Below, in pieces: positions 31,011-39,323 of a stretch of DNA of 64,000 nt; position 1 is the first letter of the stretch; every line of letters begins with the position of its first letter. The position numbers and the translations under genes were made by a program. This DNA comes from a virus. Below the pieces are notes generated by a model that did not search any database, had not been told where the DNA came from, and saw only the letters and a list, made by a program, of their open reading frames with translations. The stretch lies in IMG/VR virus record IMGVR_UViG_3300035438_000194, positions 49,847 to 113,846 of that record; one strand, 5' to 3'.

Positions 31011-34000
31011 ATGGCAAATAGTTGTGCATTTGGTAAGGATTGGGATGAGCTCGTAGAAGCGGTAGGTTTATTCCAAGCAAGTAAGGATTATATTGAGAAC
31101 AATGGAGAGGTTCGTACCCCTGATGAAGTAATAGCTAAGCTAGAAGCTAGAGGGGAATGGGCTGAAGAATCTACTCAGGACTTTACCAGACCAATGCTAA
31201 GAGGAACTGAGATGGACATGTTAGCTGAAATGGCTAACACTATCCCTGGTTTCTCTACTATATTTAATCCAATACACCTATCAAAGGCTGCTACAGACAT
31301 GCGTAAAGGAAACTCTACGCTAGACTTTACTATAGGCAACCTAAGTTCACGTCTTGGTATACCATACCAGATGGTTGATGAGGTAGAAGCACAAACTATA
31401 TTGGATAACTCAGGTACTCCTTATACAGGAGAAGCTGGTTTCTATGTAGGTGGTGTTGTATACTTTATCAAAGACAAGGTAAATACAGAGGTGGCATTCC
31501 ACGAGTTTGCTCACCCATTTGTAAGAGCTATTGCAAAAGAGAACAACGTGTTGTTTGAAAAGCTGCATGCAGACTTACTTCTAACACCTGAAGGCAGACT
31601 CTTAGAGAAACTAATGAGCAACCTTCACCCAGAATTAGAAGCGGGTGCAGAACTATACAAAGAGGAAATGTTGGTACGAGCTTTAACAAAAGCATCTGTT
31701 GACAAGAAGAATAATAAGAAACCATCTTCTGGCTTTGTTAAGTTCCTTAAAGACCTATTGTATGCAATCAAACAGGTTTTTAGAAAGTATGTAGGTAAAT
31801 CAGTTGCAATCTCTGAGCTTACACAAGACACAACTCTAGATGAGTTAGCTGATATTTATACAGAAGCTAATATAAACTTTGATATAGAGTTAGTTAACCA
31901 GAAGGATGTTGTTGCATTTATTAGAGAGACCCGTACTCAAGTTGATGATATAGTTAATATACTTAATACAGATGAGGGTGCTCAAGTTATCAAGAAGGGT
32001 CTAGATAACATCAATCAAGTAGTTAATGAGCATACTGACCGTCTTATAAAGAATAAGAACTTAGATGAAATGTTAGCTATTCTAGAGACAGGATTTGACC
32101 AAGCTGACTTACAAATTATACGTTCTAATATAACTCAGTACAGTAATCTTATAAATGCAAAGTTTACTACTCTTGCAGAAGAGAACAATCGTGTTCAACA
32201 GCAATCAGCAGCTTTTGTAAATACTGTTTTCCAGATCAAAGCAATGGCTGATAAGATGATTCTGCATATGCAGGAGTTATCTAAAAGAGAAACTGATCCT
32301 AGTAAGGTAAAGAAGTTCTACTACTATGAGCAATTGACTAATGACTGGAAGAGAACAATGGCTCAGATCCGTATTGACATGAGTAATGCTGGTATCCTAG
32401 AAGGGCCAATGCTTGATGTTATAGGATCTATTGAGACTAAGTTACAAACAGCTGATACAATTGCAGGACGTGTGCATCTTGAGGGCTCATCTGAATTACT
32501 TGAGAGTGTACTAGAACCACTATCTAAAGAAGTAGATAGATACTATAAAGAAATTATTGAAGAGTTAGAAAAGAAAGGTGCTCCTGATAGAATCTTGAAC
32601 CGTTACAAAGCGGAGTATGATAGCGCTAAACTTGACAAAGCTACACTTAAGAGCTGGTTATCAGGTGAGCAGGGAGACACAAACGTAATCAGTGCATGGA
32701 TGGAGTCATTCATGAACATACAAGACCCGGTTATATTTGGTCTTGCATCTTACGTAAACAACAATATGATGGATGTTATGACTACTGTACAACAGAAGTA
32801 TAACAGACAGTCACAAGATATTAAAGAACTTCTTGATTCAGTTGGTTACAATCCTAATAACCCAAAAGGGATATTAGATCTTGTAGGTTATACTGAGAAA
32901 GAAGGTACATATGGTAAGGACGGTAAGTTTGTAGAGAAAGAAAGAAAAGCTTTCATTCACCACGTTAAAGGGTATGACATAGAGATCACTCGTAAGAATG
33001 ATCAGATTAAACAAGCTGAGCTAGAGTTCAAGAAGACTGGAGACAGTACTGACCTAGACAGATTATATATTGAACGTGAAAACTTACTTAAAGATTTTCA
33101 CAGGGAATATTCAGAGGAAGTTTATGCTAAGGATGATCTTCTTAGCAAAGATGAGATAGGTAAAAAGGCCTATCTTGAACGCTTTAAGATTCTTAGTAAG
33201 ATACAGAACTTAAATGCTACACTTGAAAGTGCGGCAGACAGACATGATCCAGACTACCAGATGTCATTAGCTACATACTGGCAAGAGTATAAGCAATTAT
33301 ATTCTTTATCATATGCTGATGGTACTCAAAAGAAAGGTGATGATCTTGATGTTTCTGTAAGACTTAGAGAACATAGAGAAGCAACTAGAAAGTTCTATGA
33401 GTGGGTACCAAGAAAAGGTATGTTCCAAGGGGCTCTGAAGGCTTATGAGCAACAGATCCTTGATACTAATCCTAGTATTAAATACGGTGGCCCTGAGTTT
33501 AACAGACTACGTGAAGAGTGGCTTAACAATAATACAGTTGTTGCAATTAAACCAGAGTTCTTTAGAGACCGTCAAGTTATCTTAGATAGAATTAATGAAC
33601 TGAAGGCTAAGTTACCACAGTCTGTACAAGACCAGCTAAAGTTAGATGAGATCCTTAAGGAGATGAATGACCAAATCTCTGCTTACAGAGATGACAGCGG
33701 TCAGCCTGAAGGTACTGCAATGAGTGATACAAAACTTGCTCGATTGAAGGAACTACAAGAGCAGTTTGAATTGTATAAAGATGACCTTCTAACAGTACAA
33801 GGTGTAACTAAAGCTGATATTGCGTTTAAGAAACAGATTGATGCAGCTATAGTTGAGTATACACTTAGAGGTAAAGGAGAACATCCGTTAAGTGATCCTG
33901 ATGTAGCACTACGCTATGCTGATATTATCAATGATATGAATGACTTTGGTTTATCTGAAGAAGATGCAGCAGAGTTAACAGAGCTATATCAGAAGTTGTT

Positions 34001-36560
34001 TAGCATCTCAGATAAAGAAGCTACAGATGACTATATAAATGTTGTCAATGCTTTAATGCAACCAGGTAATGACCCAGATGATTCAATTGACGGTTCTTAT
34101 TTGTATGATACATTTAACTTAACATCATTTGATAAGAATACTATTGATGAAGTATTGACTGAAGAAGTAGCTAATACTTTAATGGGTCAGAGTTCTGCAT
34201 TTAAGAAGTGGTTCTTAGCTAATCATATCAAGACCGTGTTTGTAACAAACAGAGGTGACGAGATTGTAAAGTATAAAAGAACAGCAGCTTGGAGCGTAAC
34301 CAGACCGGTTGATGTAAAGTACTATGAGACTACAGATATCCTAGATGAAGTTGGTAATGTAGTTGAAACTATACAGCGTAAACCAAAGATTGATTACTTC
34401 AGAAGAAGGGTTAAAGAGGAGTATAGAACCAAGCGTGTTACAATGCTTGAAGCTTTGGAACAAGGAGACTTAAGCTTAGCTAATGTTGATCACAATGGTA
34501 ACTGGTTACCTAAAGCAGATAGTAAGTACCGTAATGAAGAGTACTACAATCTTAGAAACAGAGGTGGTAATGAGTTTAAGCTATTGACTACACTGCTTAC
34601 GTATCACTTGGAAAATCAACAAGGTCTTAATAGAAACTCTAGACTGGGTGTATTCATTCCAAGATACCGTAAAGAAAATAGAGAACTTTTAGTAGAAAGA
34701 GGAGGAGCTCAGAGTAAGTTATCAAGCTGGGCTAGCAATGTTAAAGCTAGCTTTAGTAGAGCTAAAGATGACATGGAAGATGGTTACAATCCAGAGATTG
34801 ACACAACCTTCATTAACTTAGACTTGTTTGATAACGAGATTACAGGTATTCCTATTTCTGGTAAGTATGACTTAGAACTAGATGAGACTTCAAATGATGT
34901 TCTTATGGGTATAATGCGTTATATGCAGAGTGCTGAAAGACACAAGAAGTTAATTGAAATCAGTCCTGAAGTGCGTGCAATTCAGAAAGTTGTTAATGGT
35001 TCTGAAGGAGCTATTAAAGATATGACTAAGGCTAGTAAGTCTGACTTTATTGAACGTAACTTAATGCGTTATGCAACTAGAAAAGGAACATCAGTAAGAG
35101 CCCAGACTGTTAATGCTTTTATAGAAAGAGAGTTTGAGGGTAAGACACAAGCTGGTGCATTAGCAGATCTAACAGGTCTTAATAAGACAGTAAACAATTT
35201 ACTAGGTCTTTCTTCTATGGCCTTCTTTGCATTGGATATACCATCAGCATTGAAGAACTCATTAGGAGCAAGATTCCAGTCCATCATACACGCAGCTGGT
35301 GGTAAAGACATCAGTGCTATGAGTTTAGGTAAAGGTACCCTATGGGGTAATATTACTTCAGCAGAGGTAAGCTTCCAGATTTACAGATATGGACCTAAGA
35401 GTCTTAATGTACAGTTGTATGAAGTGTTTGACCCGGACCAAAAGTTTGCGGACAAAGAAGGTAAGTTTGCAGAAGGTATGTCTAGAACATTCTCTAAGGA
35501 CGTTATGTCTGGTAGCTGGTTAACCAATACCAGAGAATGGACTCAGATGAATGCATCCCTAGGTTTATTTGGTGGGCTTATGTATCACCAAATGGTAGAT
35601 CAAACTATTGATGGCGTAACTAAACAGATTCCATACATAGAAGCATGGGAAGTTAAAGACGGTCAACTTACAGTTAAGGAAGGTATTGATAAGGATTGGG
35701 ATCTTGGGGGTAAGAACTTTAAGATGATGCGCGCTAAGGTACAAGGTGTAAACCGTAAACTTAACGGAGCATACTCCAAGTTTGATAAGACACAAGGTGA
35801 AAGATACTTACTAGTAAGATTAATATCATTCTTAAAGCGTCACTTTACAAGAATGTTCTTGAACAGATGGGGCTACAGAGGAAACTTCCTTGAGCCAAAG
35901 GCTAGATGGGATGTAGGTTCAAATGAAATGGAGATAGGTTACTATACACAATCAATAGCCTCTATTGTAAATGGTTTTAAGTCTGGAGGTAGAGACTTCA
36001 AGTATATGACCCAGAGAGAGAAGGTAGCATTCAAGAAGTTTGCTACTGAATTAGTTCTTGTATTAGCTGCAGGTATGCTTGTTAAACTTATCTTTAGCTA
36101 TGATGAGGATGACGAGGATCGTTTTGAGAAGTTGAGACAGAAGTCAGGACCGTTACCAATGCCTTGGGCAACTGAATCACCATACAAGTTTAACTTTAGT
36201 GGGTATATGTCTAACCAAGCGCTGTTCTTATCTAAGGCTACACTTAATGAGAACTCAGCATTCTTACCGTTTCCTAGTATGGGACTAGATGACTATAGAG
36301 CAATCTTAGACTTTAACTCTATTGCGTTTGGTAATACTCTATCTAACTACGTTAAGATAGTAGATAACTTAGCAGGTATGATAACAGGTGATGAAGGTGC
36401 CTACTATAAGAAAGATGTAGGTCCTTATAGCTGGCAGGATGAAGGTTCTGCTAAAGTATGGAACTATCTAGGTAAGAGTATTGGTTTATCCGGTTCTCAA
36501 GTTGACCCAGCATTACGTCTTAAGAATTTAGAATCAATACAAAACAGATTAAAAGGTTAA
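31011..36560 (+). CDS. Giant virion protein of the RNAP cluster with an N-terminal zincin (HEFAH)
   Basis: 1849 aa; AFHEFAHPF...EEMLV; third gene of the crAss-like giant triplet. Confidence 0.7.
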   Translation: MANSCAFGKDWDELVEAVGLFQASKDYIENNGEVRTPDEVIAKLEARGEWAEESTQDFTRPMLRGTEMDMLAEMANTIPGFSTIFNPIHLSKAATDMRKGNSTLDFTIGNLSSRLGIPYQMVDEVEAQTILDNSGTPYTGEAGFYVGGVVYFIKDKVNTEVAFHEFAHPFVRAIAKENNVLFEKLHADLLLTPEGRLLEKLMSNLHPELEAGAELYKEEMLVRALTKASVDKKNNKKPSSGFVKFLKDLLYAIKQVFRKYVGKSVAISELTQDTTLDELADIYTEANINFDIELVNQKDVVAFIRETRTQVDDIVNILNTDEGAQVIKKGLDNINQVVNEHTDRLIKNKNLDEMLAILETGFDQADLQIIRSNITQYSNLINAKFTTLAEENNRVQQQSAAFVNTVFQIKAMADKMILHMQELSKRETDPSKVKKFYYYEQLTNDWKRTMAQIRIDMSNAGILEGPMLDVIGSIETKLQTADTIAGRVHLEGSSELLESVLEPLSKEVDRYYKEIIEELEKKGAPDRILNRYKAEYDSAKLDKATLKSWLSGEQGDTNVISAWMESFMNIQDPVIFGLASYVNNNMMDVMTTVQQKYNRQSQDIKELLDSVGYNPNNPKGILDLVGYTEKEGTYGKDGKFVEKERKAFIHHVKGYDIEITRKNDQIKQAELEFKKTGDSTDLDRLYIERENLLKDFHREYSEEVYAKDDLLSKDEIGKKAYLERFKILSKIQNLNATLESAADRHDPDYQMSLATYWQEYKQLYSLSYADGTQKKGDDLDVSVRLREHREATRKFYEWVPRKGMFQGALKAYEQQILDTNPSIKYGGPEFNRLREEWLNNNTVVAIKPEFFRDRQVILDRINELKAKLPQSVQDQLKLDEILKEMNDQISAYRDDSGQPEGTAMSDTKLARLKELQEQFELYKDDLLTVQGVTKADIAFKKQIDAAIVEYTLRGKGEHPLSDPDVALRYADIINDMNDFGLSEEDAAELTELYQKLFSISDKEATDDYINVVNALMQPGNDPDDSIDGSYLYDTFNLTSFDKNTIDEVLTEEVANTLMGQSSAFKKWFLANHIKTVFVTNRGDEIVKYKRTAAWSVTRPVDVKYYETTDILDEVGNVVETIQRKPKIDYFRRRVKEEYRTKRVTMLEALEQGDLSLANVDHNGNWLPKADSKYRNEEYYNLRNRGGNEFKLLTTLLTYHLENQQGLNRNSRLGVFIPRYRKENRELLVERGGAQSKLSSWASNVKASFSRAKDDMEDGYNPEIDTTFINLDLFDNEITGIPISGKYDLELDETSNDVLMGIMRYMQSAERHKKLIEISPEVRAIQKVVNGSEGAIKDMTKASKSDFIERNLMRYATRKGTSVRAQTVNAFIEREFEGKTQAGALADLTGLNKTVNNLLGLSSMAFFALDIPSALKNSLGARFQSIIHAAGGKDISAMSLGKGTLWGNITSAEVSFQIYRYGPKSLNVQLYEVFDPDQKFADKEGKFAEGMSRTFSKDVMSGSWLTNTREWTQMNASLGLFGGLMYHQMVDQTIDGVTKQIPYIEAWEVKDGQLTVKEGIDKDWDLGGKNFKMMRAKVQGVNRKLNGAYSKFDKTQGERYLLVRLISFLKRHFTRMFLNRWGYRGNFLEPKARWDVGSNEMEIGYYTQSIASIVNGFKSGGRDFKYMTQREKVAFKKFATELVLVLAAGMLVKLIFSYDEDDEDRFEKLRQKSGPLPMPWATESPYKFNFSGYMSNQALFLSKATLNENSAFLPFPSMGLDDYRAILDFNSIAFGNTLSNYVKIVDNLAGMITGDEGAYYKKDVGPYSWQDEGSAKVWNYLGKSIGLSGSQVDPALRLKNLESIQNRLKG

Positions 36561-36561
36561 A

Positions 36562-36577
36562 AATTAATATATTAGCA
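36562..36577 (+). promoter_or_regulatory. Candidate late promoter AATTAATATATTAGCA before the lysis cassette
   Basis: Near-identical copy of 1873-1888; fills the 19-bp intergenic gap. Confidence 0.5.
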
Positions 36578-36579
36578 GC

Positions 36580-37125
36580 ATGAAAAAGTATAGTTACACA
36601 GAACTAGAAGCAAAGTTTGCTGAACTAGGTTACCAGTGGCCAACTCTTCACATTGTAGGAGTAAGGTCTGCAGCTAATGAGAAGAACAAGTTTGATGATC
36701 ACATCTACTTGATCAATGGTCCAATGATGCATGTATTTACAGGAACAACTAACCCTGGTACACACTGGCTAAAGAACCTGTTGAACCCAAAAGGTACAGC
36801 GGTATTGAAACCCGGACAATATGTAGACAGTTGGAAGTTAGGTTTACACCAAGGTAAGTACAAAGCTTTAGTACAAGCTAAGCCTATTACTGTGTATCGT
36901 GATGGTGATAAGGATGATGTTGCTGAAGAAACAAAAGTAGAGCAAACCGGTTTATTTGGTATTAACATACACCGTGCTAATGCATCAGCTATAAGTTCTA
37001 TTATAGATAAGTGGTCAGCAGGATGTCAAGTGTTAAACAATCCCGAACAGTTCAATACATTGCTTGCAGCTTGTGAAAGATCTGGTAAAAAGACATTTAC
37101 TTACACCTTGTTAAGAGAGTTCTAA
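36580..37125 (+). CDS. Putative endolysin, L,D-transpeptidase (YkuD)-like Cys peptidase
   Basis: GINIH-x14-SAGC matches the H-x14-17-S-x-G-C catalytic pattern; immediately followed by holin-like and spanin-like genes. Confidence 0.6.
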   Translation: MKKYSYTELEAKFAELGYQWPTLHIVGVRSAANEKNKFDDHIYLINGPMMHVFTGTTNPGTHWLKNLLNPKGTAVLKPGQYVDSWKLGLHQGKYKALVQAKPITVYRDGDKDDVAEETKVEQTGLFGINIHRANASAISSIIDKWSAGCQVLNNPEQFNTLLAACERSGKKTFTYTLLREF

Positions 37126-37403
37126 TGAAGAAGTGGATACTATCTATACTAAGTAAAGACGGAGACCAGAGTTCTAAAAGACTTGTGGGTCTTTACTGTA
37201 TCCTAACAGGATCAGCCTTAGCGTGGATTGCCACATTTTCAGATTATAAAACCCCTGAGTATATGTATAACACCATCATGTTTATAGGTGGTGGTGTATT
37301 TGTGGGAACTATGATAGAGGGGGTGTTTACTCAGAAGATGAATGTACCATTTAAACCTAAAGAAGATGCCAATGACACCCCGCCAACTGAAGAAACTGTA
37401 TAG
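37125..37403 (+). CDS. Putative holin
   Basis: 92 aa, two hydrophobic helices after SSKR, charged C-tail, adjacent to the lysin. Confidence 0.55.
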   Translation: MKKWILSILSKDGDQSSKRLVGLYCILTGSALAWIATFSDYKTPEYMYNTIMFIGGGVFVGTMIEGVFTQKMNVPFKPKEDANDTPPTEETV

Positions 37404-37737
37404 TGACATAGCTGTAGCAGTAGTATTAGTAGCAATTGTAGCCTTTATCGCAATATTGCAATATAAGAATAAGGTAAAAGATCTTAAGATAGAAGACCTT
37501 AAGCGTCAGGCTTATGCTGGTGATATCAGAGATAGTATTGTTATTGACTCTTTAAAGTTTAAGATACTGCAGGACAGTTTACATATTGTTGATATTCAAA
37601 GAGTTAACCATATAAACACTATAAACAAACAAGATGACAAAGATAAAGGTAACAGGGATATTGTTATTGCTATTATCCCTAACGCAACTGATGAACAGCG
37701 GGACCGTATATGGGCAACTTACACCCCAAAGAATTAA
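37372..37737 (+). CDS. Putative inner-membrane spanin-like protein
   Basis: N-terminal TM segment (IAVAVVLVAIVAFIAIL) followed by a soluble helical domain; start taken at MTPRQ. Confidence 0.45.
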   Translation: MTPRQLKKLYSDIAVAVVLVAIVAFIAILQYKNKVKDLKIEDLKRQAYAGDIRDSIVIDSLKFKILQDSLHIVDIQRVNHINTINKQDDKDKGNRDIVIAIIPNATDEQRDRIWATYTPKN

Positions 37738-38098
37738 CTGGAATGGTAACAAAGGTATCTTCTTCACAGATAAACAAGAGGAGGTCTTGCTTAAATCTAT
37801 TGTGGACTATGACTACCTGCAGAAAAGCATTGCAGGTAAAAACGAGATTATTCAGACCCAAGAACTCCGCATTCTTGATAAGGAGTATGAGATCAAAAAG
37901 ATGGCTGGATACCTGGATGCAGCAAACCAGAGAACAACAGAGTGCCTTGATAGAAACTTTGTTTTACAATCAGACCTGGTGGGAGCAAGAGACTCACTAC
38001 AAACATCACAAGAAAACCTAGGAGTATCTAGAAGAAACAATTGGATCTTTGGAGGAATTTCCGTATTTTTATTAAGTATACTTATAATAACAAATTAA
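37634..38098 (+). CDS. Putative spanin-like partner (signal-like N-terminus, coiled coil, C-terminal TM)
   Basis: Overlaps the previous gene by 104 bp in another frame; C-terminal WIFGGISVFLLSILII; no lipobox Cys. Confidence 0.45.
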   Translation: MTKIKVTGILLLLLSLTQLMNSGTVYGQLTPQRINWNGNKGIFFTDKQEEVLLKSIVDYDYLQKSIAGKNEIIQTQELRILDKEYEIKKMAGYLDAANQRTTECLDRNFVLQSDLVGARDSLQTSQENLGVSRRNNWIFGGISVFLLSILIITN

Positions 38099-38099
38099 T

Positions 38100-38243
38100 A
38101 TGAAAGCTAACGCAAAGCTTGGTAACAAGTTAGAAGCAAGAACTGGTCAGAAACCAGTGGACATGCTGACCGGTAAATCAGTAGTGAACAAACCAGGAAC
38201 GGTTGTACCTACTAGTTTAAAGTATGGAGGTAAATCTTGTTAA
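38100..38243 (+). CDS. 47-aa basic microprotein (ends LKYGGKSC)
   Basis: Translated by hand: MKANAKLGNKLEARTGQKPVDMLTGKSVVNKPGTVVPTSLKYGGKSC; tiles exactly between its neighbours. Confidence 0.6.
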   Translation: MKANAKLGNKLEARTGQKPVDMLTGKSVVNKPGTVVPTSLKYGGKSC

Positions 38244-38244
38244 T

Positions 38245-38406
38245 ATGAGTGACAACCAGTACAACTTTCTAAAGGCACAGGTGAAAGCATTCCATCCTAA
38301 CTGGTCAGAGGAACAGGTAGATGCAGAATGCAAGAAGATAATAGAGAAAGGTGATAGTAACTCATCCCCTGAAGAAGACACAGACTGCTTATACTGCGGA
38401 TCATGA
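38245..38406 (+). CDS. Microprotein with C-terminal CLYCGS
   Basis: Start taken at MSDNQ, 1 nt after the previous stop; acidic tail ending in CxxC. Confidence 0.6.
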   Translation: MSDNQYNFLKAQVKAFHPNWSEEQVDAECKKIIEKGDSNSSPEEDTDCLYCGS

Positions 38407-38510
38407 TGAAGAACCCTAATAAGAAAGCTGGTAACTGGGGTGCGTTAAAGAACAAACCTCAAAACCTAGTACCGTTTAAAAAAGGTGGAACAATTAAAAA
38501 GAAAAAATAA
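38403..38510 (+). CDS. 35-aa Lys-rich microprotein (FKKGG)
   Basis: MMKNPNKKAGNWGALKNKPQNLVPFKKGGTIKKKK; coupled on both sides (ATGA / TAATG). Confidence 0.55.
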   Translation: MMKNPNKKAGNWGALKNKPQNLVPFKKGGTIKKKK

Positions 38511-38800
38511 TGAAAGACGATATCAGATTACTAATGATAAACATGCCTACTGTAATGGCATTGATGACGGAACTTAATACTCTAGTGAACAACTTACCTA
38601 AGGAAGCTCCTACTGATCTTACTATTACGGCAGGTAAGTCTACATTTAAACTTAATAAAGAAAGAGACAAAGACCTTTATGTAAAGTTCTTAGAGACTAT
38701 TAATAACACATCTACTGAGAAGATTTATAACCTTAGAGATAAGATTGATTCTTTATTATACAATTCAGAAGAAGCATTAACTAAAGCACTACCAGCATAA
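38510..38800 (+). CDS. Hypothetical protein
   Basis: 96-aa ORF with TAATG coupling. Confidence 0.6.
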   Translation: MKDDIRLLMINMPTVMALMTELNTLVNNLPKEAPTDLTITAGKSTFKLNKERDKDLYVKFLETINNTSTEKIYNLRDKIDSLLYNSEEALTKALPA

Positions 38801-38943
38801 TGGCAAAAGTAAACGTAGCAAAAAGTAGCTATGCTCCAAAGGCAACTAAGGTTAGCCGCCCTGGAGTAATAGCAAAATCTAAGACTAGTAAATTAAAGTC
38901 TAGCAAGAACTATAAGAAAGCCTATCGCGGACAAGGACGTTAA
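38800..38943 (+). CDS. 47-aa highly basic microprotein ending YRGQGR
   Basis: MAKVNVAKSSYAPKATKVSRPGVIAKSKTSKLKSSKNYKKAYRGQGR; the YRGQG terminus resembles small basic phage proteins. Confidence 0.65.
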   Translation: MAKVNVAKSSYAPKATKVSRPGVIAKSKTSKLKSSKNYKKAYRGQGR

Positions 38944-39323
38944 ACTCCTAGTATCTTACTGATATTAGGTTTAAAGTAATTCTTACCCTTAAGGATCTTC
39001 CCATCTTCTCTGAGGATGGGTTTTCCATTTTCATCTAGTTTGCTCATGTTAGATCTGTGGATCTCTGTGAAGACTTCCTCAATCCTGTCTTGTAAGCCAT
39101 GCTTAAGTATAGTCCCGTAAATGATATAAAGCTGGTCACCAAGAGCATCAGCAATACCCACCAAGTCATCATGACCGCAAGCTTCAAGGTACTCGTTGTT
39201 CTCTTCTTCCAAGAGCCTGTGACGTAACTCATATTGTTCTGGGGTTAACTGTTTGTAATCTTGTGGGTCAGGCATATTAAACGCGGTATGGAACTCCGCT
39301 ACCATATTGATATACTTCTTCAT
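38940..39323 (-). CDS. MazG-like / PRA-PH family nucleotide pyrophosphohydrolase
   Basis: EEnnE...DALGD...EIHRSNMSKL...GKILKG motifs. Confidence 0.8.
   Translation of the reverse strand: MKKYINMVAEFHTAFNMPDPQDYKQLTPEQYELRHRLLEEENNEYLEACGHDDLVGIADALGDQLYIIYGTILKHGLQDRIEEVFTEIHRSNMSKLDENGKPILREDGKILKGKNYFKPNISKILGV

Noticed and set aside
1999-35795. Many short alternative-frame and antisense ORFs inside the large + strand genes
   Set aside because: They are shadow ORFs of codon-biased genes with S/L/F-rich, implausible composition and no independent signals.
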